A DNA stretch of 24,000 nt, from contig CAKVMH010000001.1 in the NCBI GenBank assembly GCA_934772045.1, positions 283,646-307,645 on the forward strand, written 5' to 3'. A program made the translations under genes and the position numbers. Numbering within the stretch: the stretch's first letter is position 1; every line of letters begins with the position of its first letter. Of this stretch, positions 1-8,857 are shown one piece after another. Below the pieces are notes generated by a model. That model saw only the letters and a program-made list of their open reading frames with translations. It did no database searches and was not told where the DNA came from. The DNA is from an uncultured Clostridia bacterium. GTDB lineage: Bacteria > Bacillota > Clostridia > Christensenellales > UBA1242.

Positions 1-173
1 TCATTAAGTGCATCGGCTGGAGATTCTGTAGGTGTAGCGGTTAATAATAATTTAATTTCATGTTCAAAACGCCCAATAACTGCTAGCACAAACACAAGTG
101 GCACAATTGTTAAAGTATTAAACAAAAATGATATTGTTAGTTTATTGCCCACTTTAAGCCAATCTCGCACCAT
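1..173 (-). CDS. Partial membrane protein, truncated by window edge
   Basis: Minus-strand frame reads MVRDWLKVGNKLTISFLFNTLTIVPLVFVLAVIGRFEHEIKLLLTATPTESPADALN without a stop to position 1. It is hydrophobic. No clear RBS was seen, so the start is uncertain. Confidence 0.4.
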   Translation of the reverse strand, partial: MVRDWLKVGNKLTISFLFNTLTIVPLVFVLAVIGRFEHEIKLLLTATPTESPADALN

Positions 174-316
174 AACCGCATCAGGCGCACCAAGTGCTAT
201 GCTTACAATAGTTTTGATTGCTAATTAAATACGGACTTACCTGTTTCGCTATATGATAGTTTTTGAAGATTAAAAAAATATATATTTTAATCCGTTTAAA
301 ACAGTTTATTGTAACA

Positions 317-346
317 CAAAAAAATCCACATTGAAAAATGTGGATT
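317..346 (-). terminator. Intrinsic terminator of the GT2 gene
   Basis: AATCCACATT (323-332) / AATGTGGATT (337-346) is a perfect 10-bp stem with a 4-nt loop. It is followed on the minus strand by a T-tract. Confidence 0.85.
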
Positions 347-382
347 CTTGCTTTTTCTTAATTAAAAGCATCAGTTTTTAAT

Positions 383-1750
383 TTATACTTCACTGTTTTC
401 AACAGTGCTTTGTTTTGTTTCGGTTGAAGCTTCACTCGTTTCGTGAGCAACTTCTTCTTCCATATTATTAAGTTTTTCAAAGTTTGTTGTATCAGTGTGT
501 GGGATAACTTTCCAACCGCAATTCTTTTGGAATAATGCGACAATATCAATAGGGAATTGAATTAAGATGAAAAGTGGCCAAATAAAGCACATTAAAATCT
601 TTTTCCACCATGGGACATCTTTAATACGTTTCCTTTCAGCAATGAAGATGATAACAGCATTAACAAAACAACTTATGTAGAACATTAGCATTGACCAACC
701 CATAATTCGTAGCCAATGTAACAGTGCAGAATTAAATGCAACGCCGGCCAACGGTGCGAACATGTAGCAAATGAATTGAGCAAGACCGATACCAAAAGTA
801 ACCAAACAAATAGGTGTACAATTTATGAAGATGTCATATAGTGAAACTTTATTGCGGTGACTGTATTTTGGTGAAAAGAAACTTTTAATTAAGTCTTTAA
901 ATCTTGTTGCCAAAACAAGCAAATGTCCGCGTGACCACCTAACCCTTTGGCGCCACATAATTTTAAATGTGGTTGGTTGTTCATCGTAAAACACTGCATC
1001 GTCACAGAATTGAATTTTTGTGTTATTGATAACTTGGTCTGCGGTAAATTCCCAGTCTTCAGTCAAAGTGACATAAGGCCAACCATTTTCAACAATTTTT
1101 GAGTTAACAACATAACCACAACCTTGTACACGTGTTGAACAACCTAATGCTGTACGTCCACGGCTTTCCAAACGGCAACCAGACATAAAGTACAAGCCGT
1201 ACATACCAGAAATCATATTCGTGCCAAAGTTTTTAGAATTCCTGAAAGATGTTATAACACTTTGCCCACCAGTTGCGTCAAAGGCGTCATTCATTTTTTC
1301 AAAATAATCTGCACTTAAAATGTTGTCTGCATTGAAAAGAAAGAACCCATCGTAGTTTTGAACGCCATAATCTTTGCGGATTTGGTCAAATAAATATCTA
1401 AATGCGTAACCCATTGTACGTTCGTCAGGGTTGTTATATTCATATACAGTTGCACCGAGCTCCCTTGCAATTTGTGCGGTTTTATCAGTACAATTGTGTG
1501 CGATTACAAAGACGTGCAACTTATCTTGTGGATATTTATTTTTATAAACACTTTTAATTAAATTACCAACAACGGCCTCTTCATTTCTTGCTGGAATGAT
1601 AATGCCATATTTGTGTTGAACCTTTGCTTTAGGAAATTTCTTCTTAGCAAATAAGCCTACAATTGCAAAAAATGCAAAATGAATTGTAAATAGTGCGACT
1701 AATGAATAGATGACACCGAAAATAATGTCGATAATGCTAACATAATTCAT
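383..1750 (-). CDS. Glycosyltransferase family 2 membrane protein (BcsA-like)
   Basis: Contains 'YGIIIPARNEEAVVGNLI', 'FNADN' and 'QRVRWSRGH' (QxxRW), with TM segments at both ends. The ORF extends to 1861, but the ATG at 1750 (MNYVSII) is preceded by GAGAGG and removes the overlap with the upstream gene. Confidence 0.85.
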   Translation of the reverse strand: MNYVSIIDIIFGVIYSLVALFTIHFAFFAIVGLFAKKKFPKAKVQHKYGIIIPARNEEAVVGNLIKSVYKNKYPQDKLHVFVIAHNCTDKTAQIARELGATVYEYNNPDERTMGYAFRYLFDQIRKDYGVQNYDGFFLFNADNILSADYFEKMNDAFDATGGQSVITSFRNSKNFGTNMISGMYGLYFMSGCRLESRGRTALGCSTRVQGCGYVVNSKIVENGWPYVTLTEDWEFTADQVINNTKIQFCDDAVFYDEQPTTFKIMWRQRVRWSRGHLLVLATRFKDLIKSFFSPKYSHRNKVSLYDIFINCTPICLVTFGIGLAQFICYMFAPLAGVAFNSALLHWLRIMGWSMLMFYISCFVNAVIIFIAERKRIKDVPWWKKILMCFIWPLFILIQFPIDIVALFQKNCGWKVIPHTDTTNFEKLNNMEEEVAHETSEASTETKQSTVENSEV

Positions 1751-1811
1751 ATATAACCTCTCTAGCGGAAACAATAATACCACACTTTCAATAAAAAGAA
1801 AAGGGGTTTTT

Positions 1812-2897
1812 TCAATTTTGTAAAAAATTGTGTATAACTTTGGCGATAACTTCGCTTCCATTGTTATATTTTGTTGTCACAGCGTTGTTTAAATAGTTCT
1901 GTAAATTGTCGCTTTCAATCATATTCTTTAACTCTGCATACAACTTTTTTGGGTTTTCGCATTTTATGCCATAACCATTTTCGGTTATGTACCTATAATT
2001 CTGCGCTTCTTGCCCTGGAATGTGCCCAGTAACCACAACCGCGGTGCCACTTCTTGTGCCTTCAAGCAACATGTTTGGGCCAGCTTTTGTTAAAAGTATG
2101 TGCGCTGAGCTTAAAAGTTCATTCATATTGGTGACAAAACCCAAAACCTCAACATTTTTTAAATTGCCTTTTTCTTGTTCAGTTTTGAGGGTGTTAAATA
2201 ATTTTTCATCTCTACCACAAACGAACTTGATATTTACATTGCTTAACTTTGAAGCTTCGCTAGCAAACCTTAAATTCTTTTTTAAATTGATTGATGGGTT
2301 TACCATTAAAATGTTAATCGTGCCATTGACATGTTTTGGTGTGGTTAAAATGTGGATATCCTCCCTAATTGGGAAACCTGATATTACCAATTGCTCCTTT
2401 TTAAAACCGAGTTTTAGATATTGGTCGTAAACTTGCTCGGTAGGCACAAAACTTACAACAGCACGTTTATCGCGCCAAACCTTAGGTGGATTGATCAAAT
2501 CAATGACGGCAATCATAAATGGAATATTTAACTTGTTCTTTTTAAGCAATTTAGAAACCGCTTTTGTAAACATGCAATGGTCAGATATAATTAAATCTGG
2601 TGCATATTCTAAAATTTGTTTTAACATTTCATTTTTGCAATGATTGTAAATAAATTGGTGCATAATGTTTGGAAAATGTTGTGTAAAAGAATGGCTAATT
2701 TTCCAAATGACTGGGTGGTTAGTGGTTAAAGGAACATAACAGTTTTCCATTTTTTCACCCATTTTACCCATTGTTTTGAAACAATCTAATTGTTTGGTTT
2801 CATAGCCCATTTCGCGTAATTTATTTTCAATCGCATTAGCGCCTGATTTATGTCCGGTGCCAGTGCGTTCGGACATTAAAATTAAAACTTTTTTCAT
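1812..2897 (-). CDS. MGDG synthase / processive diacylglycerol glucosyltransferase-like (GT28, UgtP-like)
   Basis: N-terminal MSERTGTGHKSGANAIENKL, 'IISDH', and C-terminal 'VLGFVTNMNELLSSAHILLTKAGPNMLLEG' are typical of the MGDG synthase/UgtP family. Confidence 0.85.
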   Translation of the reverse strand: MKKVLILMSERTGTGHKSGANAIENKLREMGYETKQLDCFKTMGKMGEKMENCYVPLTTNHPVIWKISHSFTQHFPNIMHQFIYNHCKNEMLKQILEYAPDLIISDHCMFTKAVSKLLKKNKLNIPFMIAVIDLINPPKVWRDKRAVVSFVPTEQVYDQYLKLGFKKEQLVISGFPIREDIHILTTPKHVNGTINILMVNPSINLKKNLRFASEASKLSNVNIKFVCGRDEKLFNTLKTEQEKGNLKNVEVLGFVTNMNELLSSAHILLTKAGPNMLLEGTRSGTAVVVTGHIPGQEAQNYRYITENGYGIKCENPKKLYAELKNMIESDNLQNYLNNAVTTKYNNGSEVIAKVIHNFLQN

Positions 2898-3101
2898 TCG
2901 TCCACCCTAAAGCACATTTTATTTGCCAATTCTGTGTGCATACATTTTAGCACTTAATAAAAAAAAATTCAACCAAAATACACAATTGGCAAAAATTGTA
3001 AATTTAAATTGAACTTTTAATGTATTGTTTACAAAAGTTTTGAATTGTAAGGTGGGTTAATTTAGGGTATCACCACAAACAAAATCTAGCTAATATCTTT
3101 T

Positions 3102-3782
3102 TTAATTTTTATAATGTATTTTAACTTGGTCACCTTCAATGTGCTCTGCTAAGATGACGTTTTTAAGGTCGTGCTTGCTTTTAATTTCACAGCAATTAAA
3201 AAGCCAGGCAGTGTCCTTATTTAAAACAGCCAGCGCACTTTTGTTGACATTTCCGTCAATGATAAGGTAAATGGCAGGCTCGGTTTTAGGTTCGAACTCA
3301 GTTTTAATGTCTTCCAAAATTGTTTGGCGGTAACGATCTTTTGGTAACACACTTATATCGCCGTTGTTTTCTAAATAAACATACGAAATTTCTTCCAAAT
3401 CAAAATAACTTTTTGCACGGCACAAACCTAAAAGGTCGTTTACATCTAATTTGGACTTTTTTAAATTAGCATAATTAATTTTGCCGTTTGTAACCAATTC
3501 AATTTGTTTACCTTTAAGCAATCTTTTAAAAGGAATTTTTCGCTCTAAAAAATTGATAAGCAAGGTTAAAAACAAAAAAACAACCATGCCAATAATGTAG
3601 TGATACCACGGATTTTCATAGTCAGTGCACCATTGTCCTGCGATGTTGCCAATGGTTATGCCCACAACATAATCCACAACCGTTAACTGCGCAACTTGTT
3701 TTTTGCCAAGCATTTTTGCGATGATAAATATTGAAATGTATGAAAATACAGAATAAACCACAATGGTTAACCAATTAGGCAT
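3102..3782 (-). CDS. DUF421 / YetF-like membrane protein
   Basis: N-terminal TM helices with 'AKMLGKKQVAQLTVVDYVVGITIGNIAG', followed by a soluble domain with 'LLGLCRAKSYFDLEEISYVYLENNGDISVLPK'. Confidence 0.9.
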   Translation of the reverse strand: MPNWLTIVVYSVFSYISIFIIAKMLGKKQVAQLTVVDYVVGITIGNIAGQWCTDYENPWYHYIIGMVVFLFLTLLINFLERKIPFKRLLKGKQIELVTNGKINYANLKKSKLDVNDLLGLCRAKSYFDLEEISYVYLENNGDISVLPKDRYRQTILEDIKTEFEPKTEPAIYLIIDGNVNKSALAVLNKDTAWLFNCCEIKSKHDLKNVILAEHIEGDQVKIHYKN

Positions 3783-4043
3783 GCTTACCTCCTAAGCATA
3801 GTGTGGTTAAAACGTGGAAAATAATTTATTGTTAGCCGAACATTTTTTAATTTAAAAGGAGTTTACACGATGCATTAATTTAAATATGTAATGTAAGTTT
3901 AAAAATTGTGGATTAGCAAGAGATACCAACATGTCTGTTAAAAAGGTTTTTAATTTGCAATTTTTATATTAAAAAAGCAACTTAATAAGTTGCTTAAAAT
4001 TAATTTCAGTTATTTTAAAGAAAGAGATTTAATGTTATACTTC

Positions 4044-4595
4044 TTAGTTTTTTGGTTTTGTCTTTTTGTGTTTAGCATTTTGTTTAACGCTATAAAGTTG
4101 ACCATTATAATATGTTTCAATAACATCAAAACCTTCATGCAGGGTAGGCAGGTTATTTTTAATGCGTTTAAAATATAGGTCGATTGTTGTTTCTTTATCT
4201 TTGATTTTATGTGAAGCTGAATTGTTTGTTTCACGTTTAAGCATTTGGTTTAAGCAGGTTAATTTGTCCACCAACAAAAGTTTACAAACAATTTCTGCAC
4301 TATGGCGTTTTGCTATCATCAAAAATTTGTGTCTGCGTCTAGTTGGCATATTGGTATAATCAATCACGCAGTTAATGTTGGCGGATAAATTCCTTTCAAG
4401 TTCAGCATACATTTTATTTAAAATTTTATTTCTAATTTTGTGGTCGTATGGCTTTGTGGAAATTTTTTTAAGTGGCAAGGTTTTGTAAATTTCATCGGCA
4501 GAAATAACAATAGTGTTTTTTTCAAGTTTAAGTTTGTTTGCGCATGTTGTTTTGCCGGCACCAACACAACCTATAAGGATAAATACTTTACTCAT
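4044..4595 (-). CDS. P-loop ATP-binding protein / polynucleotide-kinase-like
   Basis: Walker A GCVGAGKTT directly after MSKVFILI. 'CVIDYTNMPTRRRHKFL' resembles AAA/zeta-kinase-like proteins. The ATG at 4595 is preferred over the ORF start at 4634. Confidence 0.75.
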   Translation of the reverse strand: MSKVFILIGCVGAGKTTCANKLKLEKNTIVISADEIYKTLPLKKISTKPYDHKIRNKILNKMYAELERNLSANINCVIDYTNMPTRRRHKFLMIAKRHSAEIVCKLLLVDKLTCLNQMLKRETNNSASHKIKDKETTIDLYFKRIKNNLPTLHEGFDVIETYYNGQLYSVKQNAKHKKTKPKN

Positions 4596-4731
4596 ACTTA
4601 ATATTATATGAAAAAAGCACAAAATGTCAACCATGACAGATTGTGCTTTTATATAATTGTCGTAACCAAGCCCCTAAATTGCCAACTAAGGGTGTAAAAA
4701 GTGAAAATTATTAAAACTTCTAAACTAAAAA

Positions 4732-5076
4732 TTAAATAACATCGGTTTGATTTTCAATAATATTTTTTTTGTCCGTTTCAACAAGCATTTGCAAAAGTTC
4801 AGGTGTAAATTTTGTCAAAACTTCCGCCCATGAGATGTTGTGCAATTGACCTTTTTCATCACAAACAACAAAAACAATGTTTTGGTCGCTATAATAAATG
4901 GTTGAAAATTCTGGCAATGCTTCATAAATTGCATTTTCGTTAAATTTTTCGTTGCGTAATTTGCGAATGATATTCCTTCCGTAAGGGGTCAAACGCATAA
5001 GTGCCAATTTACTTCTGTTGGATAATTTAAAATAATCTTGCTTAGGCAGAATGATATTTGAACCTTCAATAGTCAT
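4732..5076 (-). CDS. Hypothetical protein (114 aa)
   Basis: Open frame MTIEGSNIILPKQDYF... with an upstream GAGG-like RBS before the ATG at 5076. No family recognised. Confidence 0.6.
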   Translation of the reverse strand: MTIEGSNIILPKQDYFKLSNRSKLALMRLTPYGRNIIRKLRNEKFNENAIYEALPEFSTIYYSDQNIVFVVCDEKGQLHNISWAEVLTKFTPELLQMLVETDKKNIIENQTDVI

Positions 5077-5274
5077 TTTTAACCTCGTTTTCGTGAATAT
5101 ACCACGAAAGCGCAAAATTGTCAATACCCCTATTAAAACGCAACGCTTTAAAAAACGACAGCAAATTGCACAACAGCAAGGTGCAAAACAAAAAATACCA
5201 CCTTTTATCTGTCAATGAAATGGCAAATTAGTTTTTAAATGTGGTATTATAATAAAATTATCAGATTTAAAAGA

Positions 5275-5348
5275 TGGAGCGGGTGATGGGAGTCGAACCC
5301 ACCTTACAGGCTTGGGAAGCCCGCGTACTACCGATGTACTACACCCGC
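5275..5348 (-). tRNA. tRNA-Gly (anticodon CCC), CCA encoded
   Basis: Reverse complement GCGGGTG...CGGGC-TTCCCAA-GCCTG...GGTTCGACTCC...CACCCGCTCCA folds as a cloverleaf with anticodon CCC. Confidence 0.93.
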
Positions 5349-5440
5349 ACAAAGGTTTACCGACTGCGGATGCACTAACATGCCCGCACAAAAGTTTACT
5401 GACTGCGGATGCACGCCCACCCGCATAATATCTTACCGAC
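5344..5440. repeat. Tandem ~39-bp repeat, ~2.5 copies, at the 5' side of tRNA-Gly
   Basis: CCCGCACAAAGGTTTACCGACTGCGGATGCACTAACATG (5344-5382), CCCGCACAAAAGTTTACTGACTGCGGATGCACGCCCA (5383-5419), and partial CCCGCATAATATCTTACCGAC (5420-5440). Confidence 0.8.
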
Positions 5441-5554
5441 AAAATTGACTTATTTTGCAGTGTTTACATATTAACACACAAAATCGAAATTAGCAAGCAT
5501 AAATGTGCAAGTTAAATGAAAAGCAAAAATTTTTACAAAATATTTAAAAAAACC

Positions 5555-5583
5555 TTGACAATAGAATGTTTTTTAAGTATACT
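5555..5583 (+). promoter_or_regulatory. Sigma-A-type promoter for tRNA-Met
   Basis: TTGACA (5555-5560), 17-nt spacer, TATACT (5578-5583). The tRNA starts 11 nt downstream. Confidence 0.85.
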
Positions 5584-5594
5584 CTCAAGTATCT

Positions 5595-5670
5595 GGCGGT
5601 GTGGCTCAGCGGTTAAAGCAATCGGTTCATACCCGATAGATCGGTAGTTCGATTCTACCCACCGCCACCA
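5595..5670 (+). tRNA. tRNA-Met (anticodon CAT, elongator-like), CCA encoded
   Basis: GGCGGTG...ATCGG-TTCATAC-CCGAT...GTTCGATTC...CACCGCCACCA gives a full cloverleaf. Confidence 0.93.
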
Positions 5671-5956
5671 CACAAAGCAACAGGTTTGTGTCATAGAAGT
5701 GGGTAATTTCCCATAAATGAGGTTTTGAAAAATAAACATAAATCGCGAAGCAACTTGTTTGCAAAACCTTTACATTTAATATTAATTAAATTAGTTTTAA
5801 ATGTACCGATTAATAGGAAACAAAGTAATGAAAAGAAACCACAAGGAAGCGGGTATCCGTTCCGTGGTGTCTTGTCATAAATGTGGGCAATTGCCCATAG
5901 ATGAAGTTTGCGTAAATTTATTTAGCAAACGATAGAGTAGGGCAAATTGCCCACAT

Positions 5957-6031
5957 GGTCCCATGGTCAAGTGGTTAAGACACCGCCCTTTCACGGCGGT
6001 ATCAGGGGTTCGAGTCCCCTTGGGACTACCA
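5957..6031 (+). tRNA. tRNA-Glu (anticodon TTC), CCA encoded
   Basis: GGTCCCA...CCGCC-CTTTCAC-GGCGG...GGTTCGAGTCC...TGGGACTACCA gives a full cloverleaf. Confidence 0.93.
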
Positions 6032-6036
6032 AAAAA

Positions 6037-6061
6037 AGAGGAGCGTTAGCGCTCCTTTTTG
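6037..6061 (+). terminator. Intrinsic terminator after tRNA-Glu
   Basis: GGAGCG-TTAG-CGCTCC stem followed by a T-tract. Confidence 0.9.
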
Positions 6062-6066
6062 TATAG

Positions 6067-6098
6067 AAAAATCCACCAGATTATATGGTGGATTTTTT
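6067..6098. terminator. Second, bidirectional-looking terminator hairpin
   Basis: AAAAATCCACCA (6067-6078) / TGGTGGATTTTT (6086-6097). Confidence 0.75.
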
Positions 6099-6241
6099 AC
6101 TGCTGTTTTATCTATAAACTTTATTTGTTCAATTTTTTTACAAACAAAAGCGAACTAAATGTTTATTGCAATTAACAACAAATCAAATTTAAGTAAAAAT
6201 TATTTTTGTTACATTATTATTTTGCATCATTATGTTGCATG

Positions 6242-6784
6242 TTAAAAAGATGTCTTCTTTAGTTCCGATTTTAAAGTGTTTGTTATTTCTTTTATCTTTT
6301 TAAAAGTGTCTGGTGTTCGTAAATTCGCTTTTGCGTAATCAAAAACATTCCTAATTTGTTTTGTTGGGTTACCAAAAAGTTCCTTCATCCAGTCGTGCCT
6401 AGGCATAATCCAAACATGTAAATGACTGGTGGGCTTTTCTTCAAAAATAATGTTATAAAATTTGCAAACACCACAAGTTTTTAATATTTTAACTGTTTCA
6501 TTTACAAGTTTAAACATTGCATTTCTTTCATCATCGGTCAGTTCGCAAAGGTTTTCCACATGTCGTTTTGGTGTTACAACATAAAACCCCGTAATAGGCA
6601 ATTCCCAATCTTGCGAAAGTGTAAACATATCATTTTCAAAAGCCATTCCAGCCGGCAAAGAAAATTTGTGGTTCACATAAGCACAACTTAAGCAACCCTC
6701 AAATTCCTTTATTTCATTTCCTGCATAATCAATCACATTCCACCACCCATAACAATGTTTACGACGTGTTAAAACTTCATTCAT
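6242..6784 (-). CDS. HIT-family (histidine triad-like) hydrolase
   Basis: HIT-like motif 'TSHLHVWIMPRH' and the upstream 'GFYVVTPKRHVENLCELTDDE' typical of the fold. Confidence 0.8.
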   Translation of the reverse strand: MNEVLTRRKHCYGWWNVIDYAGNEIKEFEGCLSCAYVNHKFSLPAGMAFENDMFTLSQDWELPITGFYVVTPKRHVENLCELTDDERNAMFKLVNETVKILKTCGVCKFYNIIFEEKPTSHLHVWIMPRHDWMKELFGNPTKQIRNVFDYAKANLRTPDTFKKIKEITNTLKSELKKTSF

Positions 6785-6895
6785 TTCCTGCCTGGTTATT
6801 TAAATAAGCAAGTGCCATGCCTAATCATAAAACGCGTTCAACGACATTGAATTAAACCGACATTGAATTAACACCCAAACTAAAAGTAAAACTAA

Positions 6896-7990
6896 TTAAA
6901 CATTAAATTTAAACACGATTATGTCGCCGTCTTGCACAACATAATCTTTGCCAGCACTTATAATCTTACCTTTTTCACGGCAGAGGTTATAATCGCCCAA
7001 CGTTATCAAGTCGTCGTATTTAACAACGTCTGCACGGATAAACCCACGCTCAAAATCGGTGTGGATTTTTCCTGCTGCTTGTGGGGCAAGTGTGCCACGG
7101 TGGATTGTCCAAGCGCGCACTTCTTTTTCGCCTGCGGTGATGAAACTTATAAGCCCAAGCAAATGATAACTTGCAACAATCAATTTTTCAAGCCCAGAAC
7201 TTTCAATGCCCAGTTCTTGCTTAAACATTTCGCGGTCTTTTTGTGGCATGTTTATCAGTTCTTCTTCTGTCCTTGCGCAAAGCGAAATAACTTCTGCCTG
7301 TTCAGCCAAAGCAATTTGTTTTATTTTTTCAATATTTTCGCGTTGGAAATCGTCCAATTCGTCGCTTGTGTTTGCCACATAAATGATAGGCTTGCTTGTG
7401 ATAAGGAAAAATCCGTCCACAATTTTTTGCTCTTCCGCGTTAAGTTTAAGCATGCGCGCTGGTTTTTGATATTTAAGCAACTCCAAAATCTCATTAAGCA
7501 ATTCAAATTCCTTAATTGTTTGCTGGTCGGCTTGCCCACCGTGAACAATTTTTTTAATGCGGTCAATGCGTTTTGTAACCGCGTCAATATCGCTTAAAAT
7601 AAGTTCCAAATTAATGGTGTCAATATCGCGCACAGGGTCAATGCTTCCGTCCACATGTATAATTTTATCGTTTTTAAACACGCGCACCACATGCACAATT
7701 GCGTCAACTTCGCGGATATGGCTCAAAAACTTATTGCCAAGCCCAGCACCTTCGCTTGCGCCTTTAACCAAACCTGCAATGTCCACAAATTCAATTTGCG
7801 CTGGAATAATTTTATTTGTGTGGTACATTTCAGCCAATTTATTCAACCTTTCGTCCGCCACATCGACAACGCCCACATTTGGCTCGATCGTACAAAAAGG
7901 GTAATTTGCACTTTCTGCACCGGCCTTAGTAATTGCATTAAATAATGTGCTTTTGCCAACATTTGGCAGACCAACAACGCCTAATTTCAT
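6896..7990 (-). CDS. ychF: Redox-regulated ATPase/GTPase YchF (Obg family)
   Basis: MKLGVVGLPNVGKSTLFNAIT, 'DIAGLVKGASEGAGLGNKFLSHIREVDAI', 'RAWTIHRGTLAPQAAGKIHTDFERGFIRADV'. The true start is at the internal ATG (7990), not 8062. Confidence 0.97.
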   Translation of the reverse strand: MKLGVVGLPNVGKSTLFNAITKAGAESANYPFCTIEPNVGVVDVADERLNKLAEMYHTNKIIPAQIEFVDIAGLVKGASEGAGLGNKFLSHIREVDAIVHVVRVFKNDKIIHVDGSIDPVRDIDTINLELILSDIDAVTKRIDRIKKIVHGGQADQQTIKEFELLNEILELLKYQKPARMLKLNAEEQKIVDGFFLITSKPIIYVANTSDELDDFQRENIEKIKQIALAEQAEVISLCARTEEELINMPQKDREMFKQELGIESSGLEKLIVASYHLLGLISFITAGEKEVRAWTIHRGTLAPQAAGKIHTDFERGFIRADVVKYDDLITLGDYNLCREKGKIISAGKDYVVQDGDIIVFKFNV

Positions 7991-8062
7991 TTTATTTTCT
8001 CTCCAACTCTTAAGTAATATTTGATATTTCCTAATAATACAATAATCTAAGGAAAATTTCAA

Positions 8063-8812
8063 GTGAAAAATATCTTAAAATACACATTAATTGGCTTTAT
8101 CCAAGGCATAACCGAATTTTTGCCGGTTTCAAGCAGTGGGCACATTGTCTTGTTTGGCTCGCTTTTTGAATTGGACAACCTTTTGTTACTAAGTGTGGTT
8201 GCGCACATCGGCACACTGTTTGCGGTTATCTTTTGTTATCGAAAGCAAATTGTGGAACTAATAAAAAATCCATTTAACTCAACAAATTTATGCCTAATAA
8301 TTGCAACTGTTCCAACTGTAGTAATGGTGCTAATTTTCAACAATTTTTTGGAAGCAAATTTTTCAATCCATGTTCTGGTTTGGGGGTTTTTATTGTCGGC
8401 ATTGTTGCTTGCTGTGGCAGACTTCAAAAAGACCAACAACAAACCAATAAACAAACGCAACGCACTTTACATGGGCATTGCACAGGGGCTTGCCTTGTTA
8501 CCGGGAATTTCGCGCAGTGGGGCAACGCTAACATGCGGTTTGTTGGTTGGCGTTGAAAAGCAAAAGGCGTTAGACTTTTCCTTTTTGATGAGTATACCAG
8601 TCATCATTGCAAGTGCGGTTTATGAAAGTTTTAAACTTTTCAGTTGCCAACTTACAATCAATTGGCTGGGCATTATAATTGTCATGATAACTTCATTTGT
8701 TTTCGGCATTTTATCAATAAAAATCATGTTGAAATTAGTCAATAAAAATAAGTTAATTTACTTCAGTTTCTATTTAATACTGCTAAGTTTATTAATTTTG
8801 TTTTTGGTTTAA
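8063..8812 (+). CDS. uppP: Undecaprenyl-diphosphatase UppP (BacA)
   Basis: 'GFIQGITEFLPVSSSGHI' and 'GIAQGLALLPGISRSGATLTCGLL' are the two signature motifs. GTG start with upstream AAGGAAA. Confidence 0.96.
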   Translation: MKNILKYTLIGFIQGITEFLPVSSSGHIVLFGSLFELDNLLLLSVVAHIGTLFAVIFCYRKQIVELIKNPFNSTNLCLIIATVPTVVMVLIFNNFLEANFSIHVLVWGFLLSALLLAVADFKKTNNKPINKRNALYMGIAQGLALLPGISRSGATLTCGLLVGVEKQKALDFSFLMSIPVIIASAVYESFKLFSCQLTINWLGIIIVMITSFVFGILSIKIMLKLVNKNKLIYFSFYLILLSLLILFLV

Positions 8813-8857
8813 AACTGCCGTTTAATGGGTTAAAATAAAGTAAAAAAGCATAAAACT

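Noticed and set aside
2020-2430. 136-aa plus-strand ORF in the track
   Set aside because: It lies antisense inside the clearly coding MGDG-synthase-like gene and has low-complexity, non-protein-like composition.
4044-4595. P-loop protein as a zeta-toxin type II toxin-antitoxin system
   Set aside because: The motif 'ILIGCVGAGKTT...CVIDYTNMPTRRR' fits general AAA/polynucleotide kinase-like proteins. The neighbouring ORF shows no recognisable antitoxin features, so the link is unsupported.
5212-5442. 76-aa minus ORF 'MSVRYYAGGRASAVSKLLCGH...'
   Set aside because: It runs through the tRNA-Gly gene and its 39-bp repeats; the peptide is translated repeat and tRNA sequence.
6932-7945. Plus-strand ORFs of 221, 115 and 96 aa
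   Set aside because: All are antisense shadows of ychF.
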